A stretch of 63,832 nt of DNA, the filler included, from Stramenopiles sp. TOSAG23-2 (Eukaryota), in NCBI GenBank assembly GCA_900128395.1. It is 9 parts of 9 records of this genome, joined end to end, with 100 filler letters (N's around TTAATTAATTAA, not from the genome) between each part and the next. Parts side by side here need not be neighbours in the genome. Positions count along the whole stretch, not along the records: positions 1 to 7,720 come from LT650282.1; positions 7,821 to 15,533 come from LT650283.1; 7 more parts are not named here. One strand, given 5' to 3'. The notes under the pieces were generated by a model. The model did no database searches. It saw nothing but the letters and a program-made list of their open reading frames with translations, and had not been told where the DNA came from. The position numbers were made by a program, and so were the translations under genes. Below are positions 1-10,498 of the stretch, one piece after another; the first letter of the stretch is position 1, and each line of letters starts with the position of its first letter.

Positions 1-75
1 TTAAATAAGAAATATATAGTGTTTTTGTTGTATATAAATACATATATATATAGTAAACAAACGTACAAGACAAAG

Positions 76-3000
76 ATGAAGTTTACAAATATATTATTAG
101 TCATATTGTTAGTATTATCTACAATAGCATGTATAAATAGTTTAGGAGTTGGTACTGGTGGTACTGGTAGCACTGGTAGCACTGGTAGCACTGGTGGTAC
201 TGGCAATACAGGTGCTTCTGGTGCAACTGGTTTAGATGAGCCTAGTGATGATATCACAGATGAAGGGCCAACTGGTGGCGTCATTGATATTTCACAAGCA
301 TTAAGTGAGGATTCTTCCACCGGTGTTACTGGTTCAGAAACTGGTGCAGAAACTGGTAGTACCGGTGCAGAAACGGGTGCTGAGACTGGCCCTGTTAATA
401 CAACCATTGTATCGGATCTAGATGAAGATGTTAATAAAACATATACGGAAGTTGTTAAACAAGAATTAGAAATAACAGCTGGAAGTACGGAGGTACTATC
501 TTTAAAAGATGTTCGAGATAAAGAAAACGAAATTTTTAAATCAATAGTTAAATTATTTTCAGGTATGGCATTAGCGAAGGATATAGCTATTACCTCGATT
601 GATACACCATCTTCCTCCTTAAGAAGAAGATTGCTAGCAGCAGATGATACAATTATTATCAATTACGAAGTTAAAGTGAAACGTGCGTCGAGAACAAACG
701 ATGTGAAAGCACGCATGGAAGCTGGAGAATTTCTAGAAGAACTAAAAAGTGATATATCATCCGCAACTAACGTGGACTTGGGAAAATTAAAAGTAGTTGC
801 AAAAACTCCGAAAGTAGAAGAATACGTTGCTCCTGTTCATATAGAATGTTTAAATAATTGTACCAACCGTGGTACGTGTGATTATTCAAAAGGCAAATGC
901 ACGTGTAATACCGGTTATTTCGGTAAAGGTTGTGAACGAATGTTAAATATTGATTGTCCACATGACTGTAGTGGTCATGGACGTTGTCAACAAACATTAA
1001 CTGACGGACCTAGTATTTGCCATTGCTCACCTGGTTACAGTGGCATTGACTGCTCGGAAGGGCGGTGCCTGAACGATTGTAGCGGGCGTGGTACTTGCTT
1101 GACCAAACCTGACCTATATTGCCAATGTAACTTTGGCTTTGTTGGTGCAGACTGTAGTAGAAAAGTGTGTCCAAATGATTGTTCCGGGCATGGATATTGT
1201 AACAACGGCGTTTGTACTTGCTTAGCAGGATACAGTGGTTATGACTGTGCCAAAGGTGCATGCCCAAGTGATTGCCATGGTCATGGTGTATGCCAACATC
1301 ATAAATGCCATTGCGATGCTGGTTTTGGTGGCCAAGATTGTGCAAAGGAAGTATGTGGTCCTGACTGTATGCATGGCGAATGTATTGATAATAAATGCAT
1401 TTGTTTCAAAGGTTTTGTTGGAAGAGATTGCGATACTCGTACTTGTGGTGGTGATATGGTATTGGATCCAGAATTTGCTTCCTCGAAAACTAGAAAAGCT
1501 ACGAAACCATTTTGCAGTGGAAACGGTATTTGCTCCGTTGACCATCGTTGCGAATGTGATTTTGGATTCACTGGTGAAATATGTGAATTTAGAGCATGTC
1601 CAGGAAATTGCTCTGCACATGGCGTTTGCTTAAATGGTACATGCCTGTGCGCTGATGGATATGTCGGCAACATGTGTCAGGATAAATTATGCCATGCAGA
1701 ATGTGAAAAACATGGCGAGTGTAACAATGGTACATGTGTATGTGATCCAGGTTATGGAGGTAAAAATTGCCAAGTAGCATTATGCCCAAAAAATTGCTCC
1801 GGGAAAGGTGTGTGTGAGCATGATGGCCGTTGCCGTTGTAATTTAGGATATGGTGGTATCGATTGCTCCGAGGCAATGTGTTTGAAAAATTGTAATGGCC
1901 ATGGTACATGTGGTATCGATGCGAATACTGGTGCCGGTAAATGCACTTGCCAGTTAGGTTTCGCCGGGGAACGCTGTAATATCCCAATTTGTCATAGCAA
2001 AAAATGTGAAAATGGTTATTGCGTTGATGGTCAATGTTATTGCCAAAAAGGATTTACGGGTAACCGCTGTGAAATCAAAGAATGCCCAATTGATGATAGG
2101 ACTGGTGTACCATGCCATGGTAATGGTCCATGCAAAAATGGCAAATGTATTTGTAACGAAGGGTATACCGGGGAAGATTGTAGCATATTGACAAAGCAAT
2201 GTCCACATGACTGCTCCAAGAATGGTGTGTGTACACCAAATGGATGCAAATGCTTTGAAGGATATCGTGGTACATCATGCGATCAAGTTGGTTGTAAGCG
2301 GAACTGCACAACACATGGTACCTGCGTGCATAACTCCCGGTGCGTATGCGATAAAGGATATGCTGGATTAGATTGCAATACCACATTCGTCTGCAACCCT
2401 ATGAACTGCTCTGGACACGGTGTTTGTAATGGACCTATGAAGTGTACATGTGATGAAGGGTGGATTGGAAATGACTGTTCTTTATCACTTTGTGGAGATA
2501 GTTGCGATTTGATCCATGGGCGTTGCCGGGCAAACCGCATGTGTGAATGTAAGCAAGGGTGGGGTGGACCAGACTGCTCATGTAGAAACATGCCTAAAGT
2601 TGGAGTATGTTCCGGGCGTGGTATGTGCGCAAAAGGTGAATGCTTTTGCGATGCATCTTTAGGTTATGGTGGAGCAGAATGTAATGAACCATTGTGTGCA
2701 AACATGTGTGCTGGACATGGTGAATGTTTAGCAAACAGACAATGCGATTGCGAAGAAGGTTGGGGCGGTGCAGATTGTAGCGACAGAGCATGCCCAATTA
2801 ATTGTACGGACCATGGTGTATGTGCACCTGGTGGTTTTTGTGTATGCTTAGGCGGTTATACTGGGTTGGCATGCGAGAGACGTACATGTGAAAATGATTG
2901 TTCAGGCCATGGACGTTGCAATAATGGAACGTGCATGTGTGCACCAGGATATACAGGTGACGACTGTTCTATAGTTTTATGTCCTCAAGATTGTAGTTCA

Positions 3001-3495
3001 AGAGGTAGTTGCGTGAATGGCACTTGTATGTGTGCTCCACGTTGGTTAGGTGCGGATTGTTCCGTGAAGGATTGTGAACATGGTAGATACAGTCCTGTTA
3101 AAGAAAAATGTGTATGTGAAACTGGTTTTACTGGTGAATGGTGTCAACGGAATGATACTGCCGATAGTTGCGGTGGGTGTTCCGGCCATGGTACATGTGA
3201 AGTCGATAGTGGTTTATGTAATTGTTTAGATGGTTATACTGGTGCACGATGTGCAATCGTTGTATGCCCAAATACATGTAGCGGCCATGGTCGCTGCGGT
3301 AGCTATGGTTGTACATGTGAGATGGGATGGGCTGGTATTACTTGTGGTACAGCACCGGAAGATGAGGATCAAGTAGGTTTATATACTGTGCGTAGGAAAG
3401 AAGGTGCTTTGCGAAAACGTATCACCGATGCAAAAAATAAAGACATGGATAGATTAGTGCACGGTCCACAAAGTTTATCGCCTCCACAAATATAG
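76..3495 (+). CDS. Secreted tenascin-like multi-EGF-repeat protein
   Basis: ATG at 76 starts a hydrophobic signal peptide (MKFTNILLVILLVLSTIACINS), followed by a TGS/TGA-rich linker, an RRRLL motif and more than 20 CxxxCSGHGxC...CxCxxGxxGxDC EGF units. Intronless. Confidence 0.9.
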   Translation: MKFTNILLVILLVLSTIACINSLGVGTGGTGSTGSTGSTGGTGNTGASGATGLDEPSDDITDEGPTGGVIDISQALSEDSSTGVTGSETGAETGSTGAETGAETGPVNTTIVSDLDEDVNKTYTEVVKQELEITAGSTEVLSLKDVRDKENEIFKSIVKLFSGMALAKDIAITSIDTPSSSLRRRLLAADDTIIINYEVKVKRASRTNDVKARMEAGEFLEELKSDISSATNVDLGKLKVVAKTPKVEEYVAPVHIECLNNCTNRGTCDYSKGKCTCNTGYFGKGCERMLNIDCPHDCSGHGRCQQTLTDGPSICHCSPGYSGIDCSEGRCLNDCSGRGTCLTKPDLYCQCNFGFVGADCSRKVCPNDCSGHGYCNNGVCTCLAGYSGYDCAKGACPSDCHGHGVCQHHKCHCDAGFGGQDCAKEVCGPDCMHGECIDNKCICFKGFVGRDCDTRTCGGDMVLDPEFASSKTRKATKPFCSGNGICSVDHRCECDFGFTGEICEFRACPGNCSAHGVCLNGTCLCADGYVGNMCQDKLCHAECEKHGECNNGTCVCDPGYGGKNCQVALCPKNCSGKGVCEHDGRCRCNLGYGGIDCSEAMCLKNCNGHGTCGIDANTGAGKCTCQLGFAGERCNIPICHSKKCENGYCVDGQCYCQKGFTGNRCEIKECPIDDRTGVPCHGNGPCKNGKCICNEGYTGEDCSILTKQCPHDCSKNGVCTPNGCKCFEGYRGTSCDQVGCKRNCTTHGTCVHNSRCVCDKGYAGLDCNTTFVCNPMNCSGHGVCNGPMKCTCDEGWIGNDCSLSLCGDSCDLIHGRCRANRMCECKQGWGGPDCSCRNMPKVGVCSGRGMCAKGECFCDASLGYGGAECNEPLCANMCAGHGECLANRQCDCEEGWGGADCSDRACPINCTDHGVCAPGGFCVCLGGYTGLACERRTCENDCSGHGRCNNGTCMCAPGYTGDDCSIVLCPQDCSSRGSCVNGTCMCAPRWLGADCSVKDCEHGRYSPVKEKCVCETGFTGEWCQRNDTADSCGGCSGHGTCEVDSGLCNCLDGYTGARCAIVVCPNTCSGHGRCGSYGCTCEMGWAGITCGTAPEDEDQVGLYTVRRKEGALRKRITDAKNKDMDRLVHGPQSLSPPQI

Positions 3496-3715
3496 ATTTT
3501 TCAACACTATCAAATGTACATTCCCCCCCCCCCCAACACAAACATTTTTCCCCCAAAACAGTAAGAGAGAGAGAGAAGAGAGAGATTTTATAAAAATTAC
3601 GAGTATCATATGATATGACATAGTAAAACAAAGAAAATTATACGTTCGTAAAAGAAAATATTTTTACTTCGTAATATTTATCGTACAAACCCTAATATGA
3701 TTTTCGTAATCTTCT

Positions 3716-5537
3716 TTACAGCTTTGAAACTGTTTGTCTTCCACCTCCATTCATTAATTCTTTTGGACACCAACATGCATGCGTTCCTGAGCTAATTCGA
3801 TGTGGTAATTTCATTCTACATACTGGTCCAGCACTTACATCCAATCCATCAATTAAGATTACTTCACTTTGATTTTTATCCATATCTGTAACTAATGTAA
3901 CTAAATATCCATCATCTTCACTCTTTGGGTTCGTTCTTGGTGCAAATGCAGGCTCGCTACAATATCGATTTGTACCACAATTATATGTTACTGATGTATT
4001 ATTATCTAAATCATGTTTCACAATACCAGTGAATAATAACCATGCCGGTTTCAATAATGCGGAATATGCATATCTGTATGTTTTACCTGCATATGCTTGA
4101 TTGAACACGCCGAATTCTGTTAGGCGATCTTTTCTGTCATCTAATGGGCCTTCAACTGTTTCATTTGTCGTTAAGTTAAATTGCCATCTCCATAATTTGC
4201 ATTGTAATATATCCATCCCTCCAAGATTTGGAAATATTTTATGATACTACATAATATGTGAAAAGTTAGAGACAAATTCTAGATCTAATATATATAAATA
4301 TATTATATTATAATATCAATAACGAAATTATCTATATATCAGAATTACGATATTTACTTACTTTCTCATCAACCTCCTTTTTCCATGCTGTATTATTTTT
4401 TGGTGAATTTGGATTTGGTCCACCATCATACATACATTGGCGATACCCATCCATTACAATAACTTCTTCTCCTTTATCATTTACCTTTTCATATGCATTT
4501 AGAAAATGTAATACAAATGTTGTTTTCACTTCAAAAAAACGTACTTCACTACTTTGTCCATATCGAGGGATGACAGCAAAGCGACATGGTTTTCGACTTG
4601 TGCGGTTTTTGAATTTTCCTTGCTTTAATAATTTTTCATCAAATTGTGTTGCAAGATCTGATAAAATTGAATAATTTTCAGAAAAACACATATCGTGTGG
4701 TAGTTTTGGAGCAGAGAGAGGAATATCTACATAATGAACTAGTTTTTCATCTGGGGAAACAACACCATAATGCATAAATGGTGCTTCTGTGGTATAGTTG
4801 AAGAATAGCAATTCTCCAGTTGCTTCATCAACTTTAGCATGAGCAGATATTCCATCTTTAGGAAAATATGTGGATTTCCCTAAATTTTCCATTGAATCTG
4901 GATCTAGCCTATATGGTTCGCCGCACCTATACCACATGGTTAGTATTTTTCCAGCATGGACAACAACATCTGTTCTGTGGAGTGTAGCATATGAATGAGT
5001 GATGTGTTAGAGGGTATATATCTTGGTTTAGGGGAATAGGAATAGAATTTACTAACGATGATGTATCTTTCAATTTTTTTTCTAACCCCCAACCGTCTTT
5101 TCTCTCGGCTTTATTCATATCTCTTTCACTAACCCCTACCCATAAACTTCTATTAGCTTTTTGTTCTGCTAAGAAACCATCAGTTTTAACAAAACGATTA
5201 CGATAGGAACATTTACCACTACCATCTAATGATACTTGATGTAACATTGCATCTCCATCAAATGGATGATAATTTCCAAGTGGTTTGTGAGTAGGTTGCT
5301 CCGTGTTTCGTAAATAAACTCCTGAAACATCTGAAGGACATGTCCCTTCCAACACTTCTAATGATGGTACATTAACTTCAGTCAAATTCGGTGCACTGTG
5401 GAGCGTAGTGTATGAATGAGTGATGTGTTAGAGGGTATATCTTGGTTTAGGGAAATAGAATTTACTTACAAAACACCTGACATGTAAGGGTGATCTGTTT
5501 GACCTAGATTTGAATATGCTTTTGATACGACTTCCAT
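3716..5537 (-). CDS. Carotenoid/stilbene cleavage oxygenase (RPE65/CCD family), 4 exons (5537-5470, 5395-5057, 4974-4362, 4246-3716), C-terminal PTS1 SKL
   Basis: Splicing GT-AG introns 5396-5469, 4975-5056 and 4247-4361 gives one frame: MEVVSKAYSNLGQTDHPYMSGVFAPNLTEV...HPFDGDAMLH...KDTSSTDVVVHAG...SAHAK...PHDM...VLHF...GTHACW...SKL. The four Fe-binding His contexts are present. Confidence 0.9.
4247..4361 (-). other. Ordinary AT-rich spliceosomal intron (115 nt)
   Basis: GTAAGT donor, CTAAC branch-like site and TAG acceptor. Removal joins EVDEK to YHKIFPNLGGMDILQC in frame. Confidence 0.85.
4975..5056 (-). mobile_element. Introner-like repeated spliceosomal intron, copy B (82 nt)
   Basis: GTTAGT...CTAACACATCACTCATTCATATGCTACACTCCACAG. 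Near-identical to 5396-5469 and 6993-7074. Removal restores KDTSS/TDVVVHAG. Confidence 0.85.
5396..5469 (-). mobile_element. Introner-like repeated spliceosomal intron, copy A (74 nt)
   Basis: GTAAGTAAATTCTATTTCCCTAAACCAAGATATACCCTCTAACACATCACTCATTCATACACTACGCTCCACAG. Removal restores SGVF/APNLTEV. Confidence 0.85.
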
Positions 5538-5566
5538 GTGTGTTGTATAAGGATGGTATGTGGGTA

Positions 5567-5670
5567 TAATTTTCTCTTACTCATATATTATATATATATA
5601 TATATATTGATATCCTACATAATTCTCTTACTCATATATTATATATATATATATATATATTGATATCCTA
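5567..5670. repeat. Tandem duplication of about 52 bp containing a (TA)n microsatellite, upstream of the oxygenase
   Basis: Two copies of TCTCTTACTCATATATTA(TA)nTTGATATCCTAC. Confidence 0.7.
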
Positions 5671-5888
5671 CTTTTGTGTCTATTATTATGATATAAATAA
5701 TTATCATTTATTATTTTTTAATTGATGAAAATGAGAATATAGTTTGCACAGTGGACTGATACCACCACGCGGAGATGGGACGACAGAAATTCAAAATAAA
5801 GTTTATAATACATACAATATGCTATACCTCTCTCGATTAATATAGTATATTATACATATATTATGTACACTTCTGTACACCCTTTATA

Positions 5889-7623
5889 TTACAATGAAGA
5901 ACAATTAAAACCATGGATAACAGGCAATTCTCTTCTTAATGCCTCTGCTACATGTGGTAACTTCAATTTCAAATCATGCATATCAAATGGATCAGCAACT
6001 GTGTCAAATAGGAGTTTGGTATAACCATCCTTTTCCGGTTTGCCAACATATTTAGGTGCCCCAGGACATTTGCCTTTGCAACAAATAAACTTATACGTAG
6101 ACATTGGCGGGCCATTAAATTCAGATACTACTAGACGAAATGACCAGTCATTACGTCTCCCTTCAATAGCTCCTTTCTCGTTGCCATCACTAAAGGCATT
6201 TTTTTGCAATCCACTATGAATAACAGTACGATTTAGCTTTGTTTGATCTGCACTTTCCAACAATCCTCTAAAACTTCTTGCTGTCATGTTTGAATCTCGA
6301 TATTGCCAAGCATTGGCAATATCAAGCACTGTTGCTCCAATATCAATTGTAGCAATTGGTACTTCCAAACTTACGTTGCCACGAATGCCTGGACCAGCAC
6401 ATACCAAAGGCACGTTAAGTGCTCCCTGCCATGGTTTACTTTTATCAACATCATCATGATCATTGAGCATTTCACCATGATCACTGAAAAAGCAAGCAAT
6501 TGTATCTTTTTCAATTGAATTACCACGTTCATTCACTGCATCTAATACTTTACCAAAAAGCCTATCCAGATTTTCCATTTCCGCTCCATAATTACAGCGT
6601 GTTCTTGCGTTTGATGGCTCCATTAAATTTTGTTCGCAATTAGGTACTTTTCGCTTTGAATCAACTGGATTTGGCCATCTTCTTCCAGCAGTTTCATTAC
6701 CCATTTCTTCTGTAACAGCAAACGGTGGATGCGGGCCTGGGAAACTTACCCACATTAACCATGGTTTATCTTTCGGTGCTCTTTTCAAAAGCGTAGCCGC
6801 TTGATCTGCTGTAAAATCATCTTGATAAAGTCTTTGTGGAAATGTAGATGTTTGACAAATTTTAGGATCAAATTTAACCATGCAATGACGATGGGCAACA
6901 AATGCATTAATTTCTGTGCCATTTGACAATCGCAATGTTTGGTCATTTAAAAAATAACCAAATGGTTCATGCGGTTTTGGCCAAGTACACATCTGTGGAG
7001 CGTAGTGTATGAATGAATGATGTGTTAGAAAAGATGTTCTTCTTGGTTTAGGAGAATAGAATTTTACTTAAAACTCCGCCCTTACCCTCAAATCGAATTG
7101 AATCACTGAAACCCAGAGCATGTGCAAGATATGTGTTACTAGCATTACGTGTATCTTTTCCAATTTCATATCCAAGATGCGTTGCTTTTGTTAAGTCATC
7201 TTTACCAGTTGACATTGTATGATATCCAGCACGTTGCAACGCAGTGAAATACGTCGGATTTTCTTTCGCCTTATAATCATTGGCTTTATTATTTGGGACA
7301 CCTGCATGGTCATATTCTCTTAAAGAAGCCATGCAGGCACGTGACGGAGCACATACTGGAGCTGGTACAACGGCACCACGTGGAAATGTAGTTCCAAGAG
7401 CACGCAGTCGCTCTATATGTGGCAAATGAAGAGGTGGTGCTTCCCCAACATTTTTATGAGTAAGCCCGTCCCAGTCCCATCTCCATTGATCTGGCATCAA
7501 AAGAAGTACATTAGGTCTTGAATCCTCGGATGCTAATGCTGAAATTGTTGTTGTTACAAAAATTAAAGTTAACAATAAAAATGCCTTCATTATTGATAAT
7601 GATACTAATAGAGGATGAATCAT
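5889..7623 (-). CDS. Secreted sulfatase (formylglycine-dependent, S1 family), 2 exons
   Basis: Signal peptide, RPNVLLLMPDQWR, CAPSR active-site motif, GKDD, SFPGPHPP and SDHGEML. One intron at 6993-7074 (or 7071) joins the two ORFs in phase 0. Confidence 0.9.
6993..7074 (-). mobile_element. Introner-like repeated intron, copy C, in the sulfatase
   Basis: (GTT)TTAAGTAAAATTCTATTCTCCTAAACCAAGAAGAACATCTTTTCTAACACATCATTCATTCATACACTACGCTCCACAG. Same family as copies A and B. The donor is either GT at 7074 or TT at 7071. Confidence 0.8.
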
Positions 7624-7720
7624 TGTATTTATAAGAAATATCTAGAATTTTATAGTAATAATATAATATTTAAAAATCCAATAACTATATTTCTTTTTGG
7701 CTAATCTATAATTTATTATA

Positions 7721-7820
7721 NNNNNNNNNNNNNNNNNNNNNNNNNNNNNNNNNNNNNNNNNNNNTTAATTAATTAANNNNNNNNNNNNNNNNNNNNNNNN
7801 NNNNNNNNNNNNNNNNNNNN
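7721..7820. other. Artificial contig spacer (N44-TTAATTAATTAA-N44); same spacer at 15534-15633, 23347-23446, 31151-31250, 38955-39054, 46743-46842, 54523-54622 and 62282-62381
   Basis: Identical 100-nt N-runs carrying a six-frame stop linker. The complete contigs between them shrink monotonically (7713, 7713, 7704, 7704, 7688, 7680, 7659 bp). Confidence 0.98.
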
Positions 7821-8350
7821 TGCCAGGGGTGGCGTTGCTGGTTTTGGTGGTAAATAATTGTTTAATGGATTCATATCTATATATATATTCCTAATTATCT
7901 ATTCACTAATAATAATAAGACCAATATGCTAATATGGTATATGTATATATCGCAATGCACGTTAGTTGTATGCGAATATATTTGCTGTACAATAAATGTT
8001 ATATTTGTATTGAACAAAACTGTGAAATAACTTTTTTTTTGTGGATATATCTTTCAAATCTTACTTATTATATATATATCCACAATAATGCTAATATTTA
8101 GGTAATTTACGTAAAAATTAAACTATAAATATATGTCTATCTATATATATATAGATAGAGAGATATGCAAATTGAATTTGTAATAGTATACAGTTTCCAA
8201 TGTAAATAAATGTATTATCTACGGTAAATACGTGTATTCTTTCTTTCTTTCTTGTAAAATATCAATAAAATATATCTATATTTTGATTGTCGATGTGGTC
8301 AATCTCCCATTCATTATTCATTTTGAATGGTGTGTAGGATTCTTCATTTA

Positions 8351-8469
8351 TACATTATTAATAAAAAATACAATAGTGTACCGTTTTATTTTGTATCTTT
8401 TTTCATCTTCCATTTTATTAAAATACACATAAAATAAAACGGTACACTATTGTATTTTTTAATAATGTA
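8351..8469. repeat. Foldback/MITE-like inverted repeat (arms of about 40 bp, 38 bp loop)
   Basis: TACATTATTAATAAAAAATACAATAGTGTACCGTTTTATTTT (8351-8392) pairs almost perfectly with 8431-8469. Confidence 0.8.
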
Positions 8470-8484
8470 AAAAAATTGAACAAA

Positions 8485-8724
8485 ATATTCATCTTTTCCT
8501 AAAATACTCAATGCGCCAAATGGTAAACACGTTGTTTTTACTTCGTCACCTGTACCTGATAATAAAACATTACTACCTTTTTTAATATCCCAAGTAATTT
8601 CTTCTGGATATTCACCTGCTGTACAAGTGACAGTGACGTTGACGCAAGTTGAAAGACTGGAGCAGATGAAATTACCGATTATAACGACGATTGTTAACAG
8701 AATTTTTTGTTTAACATCGGGCAT
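8485..8724 (-). pseudogene. Truncated secreted-protein gene fragment
   Basis: Signal peptide (MPDVKQKILLTIVVII) plus CTAGEYPEEITWDI...CLPFG...GKDEY, then the frame runs into AT-rich sequence and the hairpin. Confidence 0.45.
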
Positions 8725-9821
8725 TATTATAGTTATTGAGTAAAATGGCTGAATCAACTTTCTCTCTAAAAGTGAAATATTTTATTATCGGTTTTCTTAC
8801 CAAAATTTCAATTCGCTTAATCAGATATTGATAGAACAACACGTCTCAGGCTAAGTGATCCATACAATGTAGAATAATATATATGCGTATCGCGTATTAT
8901 AAGTTATAGTTTATATGTTTCATTAGACGACTATTATCTGGATAAGACTAATACGACGATTTGACGATTTGTGCAACAAAATTAAAAAAAATACAAAATA
9001 TGAGTCAATTTTGTCAGTATCGTCACTTATTAGTTTAATCAAAAAATCCTGTTGTCGCGTTAAACACTGTTCCAACCACTACTAGGCTTTTTTGTTTTTG
9101 TATAGCTAGAAATTGCTTTGTCCAATTTTGGAAGTTAGCAATTGTATAAGTTTGACAAGTTGGAGGTATGGATGTATTGATAAACAAAAAAACACTGTCG
9201 TAATTCTTCTTCCTTCTCTTAATGACAATCGTTTGGTTGTTGTACTTGTTGCTCTTCTATCGCTTAATACTTATTATTTTTCGTACTTCTACTTTATATC
9301 ATTATTGTCTGTAAATATAATATTGTGCCTCCTTTTTAGTTTTATTAGTTTTTTACAATATCAGCGGAAGTTATTATTGAATTATTACACACTATTATTA
9401 TTATAACATGTAGTCGTCTAAATTTATACTTGTTTACCGCTATTGGTAGTAATATGGTTTTTTACACCTAACACACTATCCTCCAGCCAACAATAGCATC
9501 AAAACACCATTACCGCCTCGTGATAAAAAACCATCTCTATCCTATCCCCCTGCTACTCTTTCTCAGCCTCAGGACAGAATAGGTACTATACCTGAAGAAA
9601 AGTACTATTAAGGTTTTTGTATGGTTTGCCAATTTCTTTCTACTGTTGCCTGTTAACACCATCATGCTTAATATGAGGGTGCTAGCTGGCTAGGAAAGTA
9701 GTCCGGTAGTAAGGAACTCTCCAATTTTGTAGTGTAAAATAGAATGTTAGCTGGTTAGTAGAAAAAATATACACTCTATTATTTTTAACTTAGTATGCAT
9801 TATTGTAGACTTATTTTGTAA

Positions 9822-10343
9822 TGAGTGTCTATCACAATTGGTGTTAGATGTGAAAGAGTACAATGCTATTTCTGAAGAAAAAGACTATTAAGGTTTGTGT
9901 ATCGTGTGTTTATTTCTTTGCTAGATGCGAGAGTATTTGCTAGCATGTTTTCAAAATTATCATCCAAACTATATCGCAATGTACTTGTAGAACGACTCAG
10001 CAGCCACATTGATACGGAGCTGGGCGAGAAATTTACGTGGCTCATCAACCACACTGCATCTGGTAAATCCTTGAAAGAACGTTGTACAGCTCAGATTATT
10101 GTTGTTAACGACTTCTACGACTGTTTGGCAACTATGCGCCGATACAAAAATCACTTGGGGGCTCATTCAAACGACTTCAACGTGAAATAAAAAGAGTTGG
10201 AGAACATGTTGGCAGACGCAAAACAACGGTGGAAAGAAAAATTCGGCACCTTACAAAATCTTGAAAGGGCGCCGAGACCAAAAAGAAAAATGCCCACCGA
10301 GAGCCAAGCCGCAAACAAAGCTAGAAAAGTGAGCCGGGAATAA
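9822..10343 (+). pseudogene. Decayed ORF of unknown function (frameshift near 9880, in-frame TAA at 10188-10190)
   Basis: The frame of ORF 9897-10190 continues past its stop for 50 more sense codons (KELENMLADAKQRWKEKFGTLQNLERAPRPKRK...). An upstream frame reads ECLSQLVLDVKEYNAISEEK. Confidence 0.5.
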
Positions 10344-10400
10344 AACTTTTTACAATAAATTATATCCACACCGTATTTATATCCATTACCACCCACAATT

Positions 10401-10484
10401 TTATTTCATTGGTTCCACTACCAGTTCTTTATCCGATTGCAATTCGTTGGATGCATATTGAAGAGCCCTACCATCCTGTTTCAT
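10401..10484 (-). pseudogene. Single DUF4116-like repeat relic
   Basis: Manual translation MKQDGRALQYASNELQSDKELVVEPMK* fits the xxxGxALxYASxELxxDKEVVxxA repeat pattern. Confidence 0.6.
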
Positions 10485-10498
10485 TGGTTCCAACAAAC

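Noticed and set aside
767-3316. Numerous antisense and alternative-frame ORFs over the EGF gene (and over the kinase, POLD1 and cadherin genes)
   Set aside because: Shadow ORFs arising from repetitive codon usage, with no recognisable motifs.
7721-7820. Regularly spaced TTAATTAATTAA palindromes within N-runs
   Set aside because: Artificial contig linkers. ORFs that run into them and gene adjacency across them are meaningless.
10188-10190. In-frame TAA as evidence of a non-standard genetic code
   Set aside because: All conserved genes in the window read through with the standard code and many end in TAA. An isolated stop in a decayed region is better read as pseudogenisation.
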